32,000 nt of DNA from Candidatus Nanoclepta minutus (GCA_003568775.1 MWMI01000001.1:120001-152000), one strand, 5' to 3'. Shown: positions 1 through 9,045, counted from the stretch's first letter. Program-made: numbers and translations. The notes: generated by a model from the letters alone, not told the origin.

Positions 1-1
1 A

Positions 2-1066
2 TTTACGTTTGATATAGATAGGGGAGGGGAGAATTTTGCTTATGCAACATCAATAATAGTTCCAGGGGAGGAAAACGTAGTTTATGTTAATACAAAAGGA
101 AAAAGCATATCTTTTAGTGAATTAGAGATTAAAAACGCTTATGTTTGGAAAGTAGGTTATAAACCAGTTTATAAGGTTATTTTTGAGGAAGGTCTGGAGA
201 TAGAAGCTACAGGGGACCATAGATTACTAACTAATGAAGGTTGGAAGGCCGTTTTAGACTTAAAGCCAGGTGATAAAGTTAAAATCGCTAGAATGGATAT
301 AGATGAGCTGGAATTCTATGGTTTAGAAAGATATAAGGATATTGAGCTTTCATACGATTTAGGTTTTCTTGTGGGATGGATAATTGGAGATGGTTATGTT
401 CAGGAGGATGCTATTAATTTGTACTTTAATGAAGAGACAGAAAAGTACGTTGTTCAGAGGATTGTAGAATATTTAAAGAAGGAATTTAAGTATACTCCCA
501 ACATATACTTTAGAAAAGGCAAAATTTGGGTTAGAATAAGGGAGAAAGAAATAGTGAATCTATTAAGAGAACTTTTACGTGGAGAGAAGCTTCCAGAAAT
601 TGTCTATATGGGAAATCCGGAGTTTATAAAAGGATTTTTATCAGGTCTATTTTCTGCAGACGGATATATAGATTCAGATGGTGCAGTAAGATTAACATCA
701 TCGGATTTGGAGATTTTAAAGGAAGTACAAAAATTATTGTTGCTGTTTGGAATCCTTTCTAAGATATACAGTAGGCCATATAAGGGGACGTTTAAATATA
801 TTACTAAAGAGGGAGAAGTGAAGACATATACTAGTGAAGGATACTATGAAATAATAATTAATAACTATAGTAGGAAAATATTTGCTGAAAAAATAGGATT
901 AATAAGACATAAACAGAAAAAATTAATTAAAAGGTTGAATAAAATTAAAGCAGATGAGCCTTACTTTGTTGTGAAAGTAATAAAATATGAAGGAGAGAAG
1001 TTAGTGTACGATTTAACTGTTCCTGAGGACCATATCTATGTATCTAATGGAGTATTAAGCCATAAT
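2..1066 (+). mobile_element. Intein with a LAGLIDADG homing-endonuclease domain inside nrdJ (N-terminal splice junction off-window)
   Basis: Block B ATGDHRLL lies near 200-225. Two LAGLIDADG motifs are present: LGFLVGWIIGDGYV at about 359-400 and FIKGFLSGLFSADGYI at about 623-670. The C-terminal splice motif is VLSHN (His-Asn at 1061-1066), followed by the +1 Cys codon at 1067-1069. Confidence 0.85.
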
Positions 1067-2332
1067 TGCGGAGAACAGCCCCTATATCCATATGAATCCT
1101 GTAATTTAGGTTCAATTAACCTTTATGCTTTTGTAAAGTTCAAGAATGGGGAAACTTACTTTGATTGGGAAGAACTTAAGGAAACAATAAGATGGGCATA
1201 CAGGTTCCTGGATAATATAATAGATGTAAATAAGTATCCTATTGAGGAAATAGAGAAGGCTACAAAAGCTGTTAGAAGGATAGGTTTAGGTTTTATGGGA
1301 TTAGCAGACGTTTTATATGCTCTAAAGGTTCCATATTCTTCCGAGGAAGGTTTTAAGTTTATTTCAAAGGTTTCCGAGTGGTTAACTTACTATACTATGC
1401 TGGAGTCAGTTGAGAGGGCTAAGGAAAGAGGGGTTTTCCCATTATACGATAAATCGATGTATAAGGAAGGAAAGATACCAGTTGAAGGGTACTATCATAG
1501 AGAACTTTGGACCTTAGATTGGGATTACTTAGTTGAAAACATCGTTAAGTATGGAATTAGGAACCTTGAAGTGACATCTATAGCACCTACGGGTTCTATA
1601 TCGATGTTTTTCGATGTTTCTTCAGGAATAGAGCCTCAATATGCCTTAGTTTATGAAAAAAGAGTTACGGCAGGAAGCTTTTATTATGTAGATGTGGAGT
1701 TTGAGAGACAGTTAAGGATGAAGGGATTATATAAGGAGGAGGTTTTAAGAAAGGTAGCTGAGAACGGAGGAAGTCTATTGGGCATAGATGATATACCTAT
1801 AGATCTGAAGAAGGTTTTCTTAACTGCCTTGGATATTCCATGGTGGGATCATGTTAGAGCTCAAGCAACTGCGCAGATGTGGATAACTACATCCATATCC
1901 AAGACTATTAACATGCCATTTTGGGTCACAAAAGAGGATGTTCTATTATCCTATTTATTTGCCTATAAGATGCTTTGTAAGGGAATAACTGTCTTTAGAG
2001 AGGGTTCAAAGTCTAAGCAGGTTTATTATACATCTGCAGAGGCTTCAAAGAAAAGGATAGCAGAATACATAGATATGGTAGAAAAGAAGATAATAGAGAA
2101 TAAGACTTTAGAATTGTTGAAACTGTTTAATATAGAGGTACCTTCCTGGTATTACACAATAAGAACTGAAGAATATACAAAGATAGATGTAAAGCCTAAC
2201 TTGCAGGTAAAAGTTGAGGAAAATAACTTTAAATCTGATAAATGTCCAGTCTGCGGAAGCAATAGGTTAGTTAGGCAATCGGGATGTATTACATGCTTGG
2301 ATTGTGGATGGAGTACCTGTATAATTTCTTAA
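2..2332 (+). CDS. nrdJ: Adenosylcobalamin-dependent (class II) ribonucleotide reductase, 3' portion, interrupted by an intein; the 5' end lies off-window
   Basis: Frame 2 is open from the window edge, and the track ORF 293..2332 is only the part after an internal Met. After the intein the extein reads CGEQPLYPYESCNLGSINL, then APTGSISMF..SSGIEPQYA and TSISKTINMP, which are class II RNR motifs. The C-terminus has a CPVCGS...CITCLDCG zinc ribbon. Confidence 0.85.
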   Translation, partial: FTFDIDRGGENFAYATSIIVPGEENVVYVNTKGKSISFSELEIKNAYVWKVGYKPVYKVIFEEGLEIEATGDHRLLTNEGWKAVLDLKPGDKVKIARMDIDELEFYGLERYKDIELSYDLGFLVGWIIGDGYVQEDAINLYFNEETEKYVVQRIVEYLKKEFKYTPNIYFRKGKIWVRIREKEIVNLLRELLRGEKLPEIVYMGNPEFIKGFLSGLFSADGYIDSDGAVRLTSSDLEILKEVQKLLLLFGILSKIYSRPYKGTFKYITKEGEVKTYTSEGYYEIIINNYSRKIFAEKIGLIRHKQKKLIKRLNKIKADEPYFVVKVIKYEGEKLVYDLTVPEDHIYVSNGVLSHNCGEQPLYPYESCNLGSINLYAFVKFKNGETYFDWEELKETIRWAYRFLDNIIDVNKYPIEEIEKATKAVRRIGLGFMGLADVLYALKVPYSSEEGFKFISKVSEWLTYYTMLESVERAKERGVFPLYDKSMYKEGKIPVEGYYHRELWTLDWDYLVENIVKYGIRNLEVTSIAPTGSISMFFDVSSGIEPQYALVYEKRVTAGSFYYVDVEFERQLRMKGLYKEEVLRKVAENGGSLLGIDDIPIDLKKVFLTALDIPWWDHVRAQATAQMWITTSISKTINMPFWVTKEDVLLSYLFAYKMLCKGITVFREGSKSKQVYYTSAEASKKRIAEYIDMVEKKIIENKTLELLKLFNIEVPSWYYTIRTEEYTKIDVKPNLQVKVEENNFKSDKCPVCGSNRLVRQSGCITCLDCGWSTCIIS

Positions 2333-2357
2333 CCTTTTTTTGATGATAATTAATATT

Positions 2358-2429
2358 GGGCCCGTAGTCTAGCGGTAGGATGCCGGCCTGGCTAGCCGGA
2401 GATCCCGGGTTCGAATCCCGGCGGGTCCA
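2358..2429 (+). tRNA. tRNA-Ala (anticodon GGC)
   Basis: Hand-folded cloverleaf. Acceptor stem GGGCCCG/CGGGTCC with the G3:U70 alanine identity pair, D-loop AGCGGTA, anticodon loop CTGGCTA, T-loop TTCGAAT, discriminator A. Length 72 nt, no intron, no encoded CCA. Confidence 0.9.
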
Positions 2430-2433
2430 TTCT

Positions 2434-3273
2434 TTATTTTATTTCCTTGAAAATATTCGTATATATCTCCCTAAGTTTAGAGGGTATAACGTGAGTATAT
2501 ATTTGAGTAATAGAGAGGGAAGAATGCCCCAAGATTTCCTGTATGTATCTGATGTCTATTCCGTTTGTTAGAAGTAAAGTAGCTAAGGAATGTCTGAAGA
2601 CGTGTGGAGTAACCTTCTTTTTTATTCCTGCCTTTTCTGCATATTTTTTAACTAACCTTTCGATCTGTCTAGTTGAGATATTGAAGATTTTCTCTTCTTT
2701 AACTTCCTTTAGGTATTCCTCAAGTTCTTTAATTAAGAAATTCGGGATTGGTACTATCCTTTCCTTACCGCCTTTTCCATATACCTTTATAAAACCTTCC
2801 TTCAGCATTATATCCTCTTTTTTAAGGTTAACTAACTCAGAAACCCTCATACCAGTATAGAAGAGCATTAATAGGATTAATTTATCCCTCCTTTTCTTAA
2901 CTACTCTCAAGATGTTTTGAAATTCTTCAAAAGTTATATACTTCGGAAGCTTTTTATCTATCTTTGGGGCCTTTAAATATTTTATTAGATCTTCTCTTTC
3001 CATAAATTTCAGGAAGGAAGATAGAGCTCTTGTATATAGCCTAATAGAATTTAGGTCTAGTTTTTTCTCCTTTCTAACATTTATAAGAAACTTAAGTATA
3101 ATTTCTTTATTTATTGTTTCCTTTAAAGTAGTTGAATCTATTTCTTTATTTTCGGTTTGTTTTATCATAAATTCCAGGAATTTCTTTATTGGGATAGAAT
3201 ATGTTTTAATTGTATTCTTTGATTTTCCTTGTAGATCCAACCATATCTTATACTCTTCGATTATATCATTCAT
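2434..3273 (-). CDS. xerA: Tyrosine recombinase, XerA-like
   Basis: 279 aa. N-terminal core-binding domain. Catalytic region has YTGMRVSEL, HVFRHSLATLLL and LGHSSLSITQIYTHV (the R..HxxR..H/Y signature). The size is typical of archaeal XerA. Confidence 0.8.
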   Translation of the reverse strand: MNDIIEEYKIWLDLQGKSKNTIKTYSIPIKKFLEFMIKQTENKEIDSTTLKETINKEIILKFLINVRKEKKLDLNSIRLYTRALSSFLKFMEREDLIKYLKAPKIDKKLPKYITFEEFQNILRVVKKRRDKLILLMLFYTGMRVSELVNLKKEDIMLKEGFIKVYGKGGKERIVPIPNFLIKELEEYLKEVKEEKIFNISTRQIERLVKKYAEKAGIKKKVTPHVFRHSLATLLLTNGIDIRYIQEILGHSSLSITQIYTHVIPSKLREIYTNIFKEIK

Positions 3274-3340
3274 AAATATTTATATTAGGAATTCTGACCT
3301 ATTTAAAATCTTTAAAATGGTTTAAAGAAAATTAATATTA

Positions 3341-3397
3341 TACCCTACCTGCCATGCACTGGGGATAAAATGAACCAGTTCCTCCGGGTAGGGTACA
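3341..3397 (+). ncRNA. Candidate H/ACA-type guide RNA hairpin
   Basis: GC-rich island in an intergenic region. A 9-bp lower stem (3341-3349/3387-3395), an internal loop, a 5-bp upper stem (3358-3362/3375-3379), an apical loop GGATAAAATGAA with two GA steps, and ACA at 3395-3397, 15 nt 3' of the upper stem. TATA-like TTTAAA boxes lie upstream. Hand-folded only. Confidence 0.4.
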
Positions 3398-3434
3398 GTA
3401 ATGAAGACGTTGGCTTGACCCTGATAGGTGATGA

Positions 3435-3911
3435 TTACGGCACCTCAGACTTCTTTGGAACATCTATTACAATTATCTTATTGTTCTTTACTATATCCTC
3501 CATTTTTACCTTTAGAAGGTGATTTTTATCCCCCCCACCTACATATACATCATCTTCATTGATGAGGTCTTTATCTATATATATAATATGATTTATATCA
3601 AATGGAGAAACCCCTCCAACTTCGTATCCAGTAAACTTCTTTACCTCTTCAGGTTGTGCTAACCTTAAGTCCCTAAATCCTAATAACTTTGCAAGCTTCT
3701 TTTGGTTAACCCTGTATATAGCCCTTAGTAGTATTATAATAGGTTCTCCCTTTTCGTTCAGGAAGACTATGGTTTTTCCAATCTTTTCCTTCGGAGCAAT
3801 TTCACTAGCTTTTTCAGATGTAGAAACATCATCGTATAAGATAAACTCGTGTGGTATATTATTTCTCTTCAAATAATCTTCTAAAGTATCTTTATTTTTT
3901 GATAAAAACAA
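3435..3911 (-). CDS. YbaK/ProX-type aminoacyl-tRNA deacylase (prolyl-tRNA editing domain homolog)
   Basis: 158 aa. IGKTIVF (the conserved Lys-Thr) and GYEVGGVSPF motifs match the YbaK/ProRS-INS fold. Confidence 0.65.
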   Translation of the reverse strand: MFLSKNKDTLEDYLKRNNIPHEFILYDDVSTSEKASEIAPKEKIGKTIVFLNEKGEPIIILLRAIYRVNQKKLAKLLGFRDLRLAQPEEVKKFTGYEVGGVSPFDINHIIYIDKDLINEDDVYVGGGDKNHLLKVKMEDIVKNNKIIVIDVPKKSEVP

Positions 3912-3940
3912 AGTAAATAATTAAAAAACAAAAAGAAGCC

Positions 3941-4168
3941 TTATTGTCTAACTACTTCCTTCCAAGCCAATTTTACGTCCTCTTCTTGTACTGTTCTTCT
4001 TCCAGCGTGCTTTGCTAAGTCTACTGCTCTCTCAGAAACCCTATCTGCAATTTCTACAATTGCCTCTACAAAGGCTTTCTTAGCTTCTTCCGATACTCTA
4101 GATGCACCTGCTTTCCTCAAGATTTTATACAAAGGTGCTATTGGAATTGGTGTAACTCTTTTAGCCAT
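3941..4168 (-). CDS. Archaeal histone (HMf family)
   Basis: 75 aa histone fold. IAPLYKILRKAGASRVSEEA...LAKHAGRRTVQEEDVKLA aligns by eye with HMfA/B. Confidence 0.9.
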   Translation of the reverse strand: MAKRVTPIPIAPLYKILRKAGASRVSEEAKKAFVEAIVEIADRVSERAVDLAKHAGRRTVQEEDVKLAWKEVVRQ

Positions 4169-4253
4169 AATATTTTATTTTACTTTAGATATAAAAATCT
4201 TTTTCTCTTTTAATCTATAAATAGCTTAACAAACTTTTAACATCTTAATTTCG

Positions 4254-5141
4254 TTAAATAATTTCAACCAGGTCCTTAACTCCATTATTAATCAAAAATG
4301 TTGTTTCAAATTGAGATACAAGACCTTTGGATTGTTCACAAAGTATCTTGTATTCTATCAAAACTTTCTCCTTTATTAAATAATTTATAATAAGATCTAT
4401 ATTATTTAAATCTTTAAAATCTCTATATATCCATCTTTTACAAAAAGGAAGATATTTATATTTATTGTATATGTTATCTAATATTTTTCTTGCATTTAGA
4501 TTTCTCAAAGGCTTATAGTTTACTACTGAATAAATTTTAGAACTTCCACAATCTTTTACGAATCCTATACCGTTTGTTGCAAAAGGCTCTACTGCATAGA
4601 TTCCCTCAGAAATTTTGGTTTGAGATCCATTATCGTAGTTAGGAATATTTATACTAGCATGTAACAAATATCTTTCTATCTTATGACCTGTTAAATTGTA
4701 AATGGGTTTGTATCCGTATTTTTTTATAGTTTCTTCTACTTCCTTTCCTATAATTCCTAGCTCAATATCCTTTCTTATTATAGTTTTAACGCGTTTTAGA
4801 GCCTCCTTGCTGGCTAATACAAGATCTTCATACTTATTATCGTTTACCTCATAAGTATATGCAAAATCTACAATATACCCATCTACATGAACTCCTATAT
4901 CAACTTTTATAAGATCTCCCTCTTTTAGGATACTTCTATCGTTTATATCAGGAGTATAATGTGCAGCAATTTCATTTATGGATAAATTCACCGGAAAAGC
5001 TGGAAAACCTCCAAGATCTATTATTTTTTCCTCTATTTTTTCAGCAATTTCTATTAGATAAGTATCTGGTTTTAATAAACTCTTTGAATAATTATAGACA
5101 TCCCTCGCAATTTTACTAGCTTTCTCTAATTCCTCAATCAT
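4254..5141 (-). CDS. map: Methionine aminopeptidase, type 2
   Basis: 295 aa. AAHYTPD, DIGVHVDGYIVD, GHKIERYLLH and YAVEPFATNG metal-ligand motifs. Confidence 0.9.
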   Translation of the reverse strand: MIEELEKASKIARDVYNYSKSLLKPDTYLIEIAEKIEEKIIDLGGFPAFPVNLSINEIAAHYTPDINDRSILKEGDLIKVDIGVHVDGYIVDFAYTYEVNDNKYEDLVLASKEALKRVKTIIRKDIELGIIGKEVEETIKKYGYKPIYNLTGHKIERYLLHASINIPNYDNGSQTKISEGIYAVEPFATNGIGFVKDCGSSKIYSVVNYKPLRNLNARKILDNIYNKYKYLPFCKRWIYRDFKDLNNIDLIINYLIKEKVLIEYKILCEQSKGLVSQFETTFLINNGVKDLVEII

Positions 5142-5902
5142 AATATTATTTCTTCAATATGTTTATATAATTCTTTCCATTTTAAGTATACCTTCTCCAA
5201 AGTTAAATACCTAGGATCTGCTGGGAACGGTTTCGGATCCAATTCACCGATGAAGACAAGGTTTATCTTATCTATTGGGTATAGTCCCTTCCCTACGGAT
5301 ATTAAGAAGGTTATAATTCTCCTCACCATCTCATATAGGAACCTATTACCTTCGATTATATTTGTTATGTATTTATCTTCGTTTATTACATCGAAGGACT
5401 TTATTTTACATATTGGATCTTTCGCTTTACCCTTAGAAAAATTATGAAAGCTCTTCTTACCTATGAAATACCTTGAAGCTTCTATGTATCTTTTTATATC
5501 GAACTCTTCCTCCTTCCCTCTTACATCTATCTTATAACCGTCTATTATCAACCATTTTGGTAAATAGAACTTATCGAATAGCCCTTTTGGAAGGTTATAT
5601 ACATACCTCTTCCCTATTGAGAATTTTCTAATGTTTATATAAGAACTTAACTTGAATACTTTCATTATTTTTATGTCTTCATGAAAGAAATCATCGAATT
5701 TTATTTCATTATCAGTTTTTAGTACTATATAGTTCTCTTTTGCGCTAACTCCCTTATCAGTCCTTGAAACTATGGAGTACCTGTAACTTTTTATATTAAA
5801 GAAGTCTAGAATTTCCCCTATTATTGTCCTAGCATCTTTCTGTGGAACTACTCCCTGGAACTTTTCTCCCCTATATGAGACCTTTAAGAGATAGGCTGGC
5901 AT
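5138..5902 (-). CDS. truA: tRNA pseudouridine synthase A
   Basis: 254 aa. Catalytic SRTDKGVSA motif, plus GKKSFHNF and FLYEMVRRI. It overlaps map by 4 nt. Confidence 0.85.
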   Translation of the reverse strand: MPAYLLKVSYRGEKFQGVVPQKDARTIIGEILDFFNIKSYRYSIVSRTDKGVSAKENYIVLKTDNEIKFDDFFHEDIKIMKVFKLSSYINIRKFSIGKRYVYNLPKGLFDKFYLPKWLIIDGYKIDVRGKEEEFDIKRYIEASRYFIGKKSFHNFSKGKAKDPICKIKSFDVINEDKYITNIIEGNRFLYEMVRRIITFLISVGKGLYPIDKINLVFIGELDPKPFPADPRYLTLEKVYLKWKELYKHIEEIIL

Positions 5903-6627
5903 TTCAAGATTTCTAAAAACCTCTTGGAATCCTCATACATATAAGAATTGTTGAACATTACGTAACTTTCCATATTTTTTATCTCTAATAGTTTTTTTAT
6001 TAGGACTCTCATATCTTCATCACTATACTTATACCCATATATTATCTTATTTCCTTCATATCTTCCATGTAACCTATAGTATCCTATTTCAGAGTAAAAT
6101 ATAGGTCTATCTACAACAAGATCAACTATCTCAATTAGATTGAATTCTCTGCACAACTTTTCTATATTTTTCTTCTCCCATCCTCTTAGTTCTATGGCTA
6201 TTTTTATTCCTTCTTTTCCTATACTGCTGAAGAATTCGTATGAGTTCCTAAGGTTTTCCTCATCATCTCTAAAGCTATTTGGTAATTGTATTACGATTAT
6301 CTTTGATTCTAGTATCCTTGCTATTTCCATCATTTTATCCCAGAACTCGAATACTTCTTTAGTAGGTCTTAAGTATCCTACCTTTCCTTTAAGTTTTCTA
6401 TAGTCAATCTTAGATCTTTTCCATGTTGGAGAATTTGTATCATGAGTTATTCCTTGAAATGCTTTAAAGGTAAATTCAAAATCCCTTGGAGCTTCTTTTC
6501 TTATCTTCTTTAGCCATCCCCCATCTGGGATATTATAGAAGGTATTATTTAATTCTACAACTTTGAATTCTGAGAAGTATTTTTTTCTTGATATAGGAAA
6601 GCCACAAGTTCCGACCTTAACTATCAT
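5884..6627 (-). CDS. DUF72 (UPF0759) family protein
   Basis: 247 aa. The N-terminal VGTCGF...VELNNTFY pattern is typical of DUF72. It overlaps truA by 19 nt, giving an apparent DUF72-truA-map operon. Confidence 0.7.
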   Translation of the reverse strand: MIVKVGTCGFPISRKKYFSEFKVVELNNTFYNIPDGGWLKKIRKEAPRDFEFTFKAFQGITHDTNSPTWKRSKIDYRKLKGKVGYLRPTKEVFEFWDKMMEIARILESKIIVIQLPNSFRDDEENLRNSYEFFSSIGKEGIKIAIELRGWEKKNIEKLCREFNLIEIVDLVVDRPIFYSEIGYYRLHGRYEGNKIIYGYKYSDEDMRVLIKKLLEIKNMESYVMFNNSYMYEDSKRFLEILKCQPIS

Positions 6628-6655
6628 TAATAAATACTTCCTATAGAAATTTATA

Positions 6656-7336
6656 ATGAATGTATTAAACCATATTGCAATTATACCGGACGGTAATAGG
6701 AGATGGGCTAAAGAAAGGGGATTACCTTCATATATGGGTCATTTCTATGGTATGAAGAAGTTCTATGAAGTGGTAAAGTGGTGGTTGAGCAAAGATATAA
6801 GAATAGTCTCTTTTTACATGTTATCCTATGAGAATCTGTTGAATAGACCAAAGGGAGAGTTAGAGAATCTGTTTAAGTTTTTTGATAAAGAATTAGGAGA
6901 TACAATTAATAGAAAAAACGATTTTCTAGAGATTCTTGAGGAAAAAGAGGTAAAGGTTAGGTTTGTAGGACTTTTAGATAAATTACCTAAAAATATATTT
7001 GAAAAGATCAATAAGTTGATGGATATAACAAAGGATTTCAATAGAAGGGTTCTGAACCTATTAATTGCATATGGTGGTAGGATTGAGATAATTAATGCTA
7101 TAAGGAACATGAAGAGATTTGATGAAGAAGAGTTTAGGAATAATTTATGGGTAAAGGAAGATGTAGATTTGATAATAAGGACTGGTGGTTATTCCAGGTT
7201 ATCCAATCTTTTGATATACCAATCTGCATATGCTGAACTATACGTAATAAACAAGTATTGGCCAGCTATAACAGAAGAAGATTTGGATAAAGCTATAGAG
7301 TGGTATAGTAATGTCATTAGAAACTTCGGACGTTGA
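6656..7336 (+). CDS. uppS: cis-Prenyltransferase (undecaprenyl/dolichyl diphosphate synthase family)
   Basis: 226 aa. IAIIPDGNRRWA and IRTGGYSRLSNLLIYQSAYAELY motifs. Confidence 0.85.
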   Translation: MNVLNHIAIIPDGNRRWAKERGLPSYMGHFYGMKKFYEVVKWWLSKDIRIVSFYMLSYENLLNRPKGELENLFKFFDKELGDTINRKNDFLEILEEKEVKVRFVGLLDKLPKNIFEKINKLMDITKDFNRRVLNLLIAYGGRIEIINAIRNMKRFDEEEFRNNLWVKEDVDLIIRTGGYSRLSNLLIYQSAYAELYVINKYWPAITEEDLDKAIEWYSNVIRNFGR

Positions 7337-8378
7337 TGTATTGATAGTTGGTAGTGGGGTATCTGGTCTCTTCCTTTCAAACTTTTTGAGTAAATTAAAC
7401 GTAGATTTTATTTTAATAGATTCTTTAAAAGATCCGATTAACAGGATAAGAGATACGGGATTGGTTAGTGAGAACTTTGTTAATCTATTTCCAAAGGCAA
7501 AGGATTTTGCTATAAAGAGCTATAGATCTGCAAACTTCTATTTAGGAAAGGATTCATTTGAGGTTTTTGCTAGAAGAGGAAATTATTATTTATTGGATAG
7601 GGTAGCTTTAAACAAGCATTTATTGGAATCTGCTGAAAAGTATGGGGAGGTATCTTTTGGAGAGAGATTGGAAAGAATAAACGGTTATGCAATAACAAAT
7701 TATAGAAAGATAAGGTATAAGGTTATAGTCGATGCAACAGGACCTTACAGTTATGTAAGGAAGTTGTATGACTTAGAAAGCAATAAGGATTTTGTTATAG
7801 GGATAGAAATACATACAGAGGACTTGTTGGCAGATGGTATACATATATTTTTGGATAAGAAATATTCTAAGGAACATTTTTTATGGATCGTTGGATTGGA
7901 TGGTTATTCAAAGGTTGGTATAATGGATAAGGGTTTGAATATGAGGAAATTCCTAAAGATCATTAGGGATTTTGGAATATATGATTATAGTTTAATCTAT
8001 TCTCATGTTATAAAGAGAAGAGAGGAAAAGGTTTTGGCTTATAAAAACTTTATATCTGTTGGAGAGTCTACAGGATATTTAAAGAAGTTTAGCTTGGGTG
8101 GTATCTTGGTTTCATATATACAGGCTTATTTTGCTAGTTTAGTTATAAAGGGCTATTTGGAGAAGGGAATTCCATTAGAAAGGTATAATAAGATAATAAA
8201 GGATTATTTTTATGTAAGGAGTTTCCCAGATTTTGTTAGAAAGGCTATGAAAAAGAAAGCTATTTTTAATATCCTAAAGGTTTTAAATGCAAATAAGATT
8301 GTTAGTTATTTTGATTTAGATTTTTATATTCCTTTTTATAGGATTAAAAGTATTAGAGTATTCGAAAGTGATCTTTAA
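7311..8378 (+). CDS. FAD-dependent oxidoreductase, geranylgeranyl reductase family
   Basis: 355 aa. N-terminal DVLIVGSGVSGL Rossmann motif. A late VGESTGYLKKFSLGGI resembles the GDAAG..P..G.GI motif of geranylgeranyl reductases. It overlaps uppS by 26 nt. Confidence 0.6.
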   Translation: MSLETSDVDVLIVGSGVSGLFLSNFLSKLNVDFILIDSLKDPINRIRDTGLVSENFVNLFPKAKDFAIKSYRSANFYLGKDSFEVFARRGNYYLLDRVALNKHLLESAEKYGEVSFGERLERINGYAITNYRKIRYKVIVDATGPYSYVRKLYDLESNKDFVIGIEIHTEDLLADGIHIFLDKKYSKEHFLWIVGLDGYSKVGIMDKGLNMRKFLKIIRDFGIYDYSLIYSHVIKRREEKVLAYKNFISVGESTGYLKKFSLGGILVSYIQAYFASLVIKGYLEKGIPLERYNKIIKDYFYVRSFPDFVRKAMKKKAIFNILKVLNANKIVSYFDLDFYIPFYRIKSIRVFESDL

Positions 8379-8388
8379 TTTAGATTAA

Positions 8389-8462
8389 CGGGCCCGGGGG
8401 GATTTGAACCCCCGACCCTCGGGTTAAGAGCCCGATGCTCTACCAAGCTGAGCTACGGGCCC
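8389..8462 (-). tRNA. tRNA-Lys (anticodon CUU)
   Basis: The reverse complement folds as GGGCCCG TA GCTC AGCTTGGTA GAGC A TCGGG CTCTTAA CCCGA GGGTC GGGGG TTCAAAT CCCCC CGGGCCC G. Length 74 nt, no intron, no CCA. Confidence 0.9.
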
Positions 8463-8469
8463 ATAAAGC

Positions 8470-9045
8470 TTATTCAATCTTATAATTTTTTAATTCTTCT
8501 ATATAGTTAGTTAAGGTTTCTTTATATTTATCTGGTAAGTTACCCTCCTTTATTGATATTTTTATATTTTTGTCCTCTATCGTAACGTTTATTTTATCGA
8601 AGGGAATCCTATAGAAAAAGTTAATTATTCCCTTAATTTTATCTTCTAAACCTTTTACTTCTTCCACTAATTCAACTCTATAAACCAAATCCTTTCCTGC
8701 TAATGGATGGTTGAAATCTACGATAACTCTACCGCTATTTATGTTCCTTATTATACCTTTCATTCCATCTGCATCTATAATCAATCCAGGTTTTGGTGTT
8801 ATTCCCCTTTTATTAAACTCGTTTATTGGAATTATCTTTATGTTCTCTTCTCTCCTATCCCCATACGGTTTTTTCAAAATAAAATCATATACTTTTCCTA
8901 TTTCAGCATTTTCCAGGTTTTTTTCTATTTCTTTCAATAATATATCTTTGCCTATAGGTATTATGATGTAATCGTCTGAGGAATCTATAACTTCCTTAGT
9001 ATCTTTTACATACAATACGTATCTAAGCTTTAACCACCACCTCAT
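8470..9045 (-). CDS. FKBP-type peptidyl-prolyl cis-trans isomerase (SlyD-like, with an insert-in-flap region)
   Basis: 191 aa. The DFNHPLAGKDLVYRVELVEV signature of short archaeal/SlyD FKBPs. The exact start codon is uncertain. Confidence 0.75.
   Translation of the reverse strand: MRWWLKLRYVLYVKDTKEVIDSSDDYIIIPIGKDILLKEIEKNLENAEIGKVYDFILKKPYGDRREENIKIIPINEFNKRGITPKPGLIIDADGMKGIIRNINSGRVIVDFNHPLAGKDLVYRVELVEEVKGLEDKIKGIINFFYRIPFDKINVTIEDKNIKISIKEGNLPDKYKETLTNYIEELKNYKIE

Noticed and set aside
2380-2860. Track ORFs 2380..2571 and 2543..2860 on the plus strand.
   Set aside because: The first starts inside tRNA-Ala. Both run antisense to xerA and are spurious.
2358-3273. tRNA-Ala immediately followed (5 nt, convergent) by a tyrosine recombinase, which could mark an integrated element at a tRNA att site.
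   Set aside because: The recombinase has the size and motifs of chromosomal XerA. I found no second copy of the tRNA 3' segment (TTCGAATCCCGG...) in the window. Both flanks are housekeeping genes with ordinary composition.
3274-3340. Searched the xerA upstream spacer for a dif-like site (imperfect palindrome around AGGAATTCT).
   Set aside because: Only a 6-bp EcoRI-type palindrome with poorly matching arms is present. That is not enough to call a 28-bp dif site by eye.
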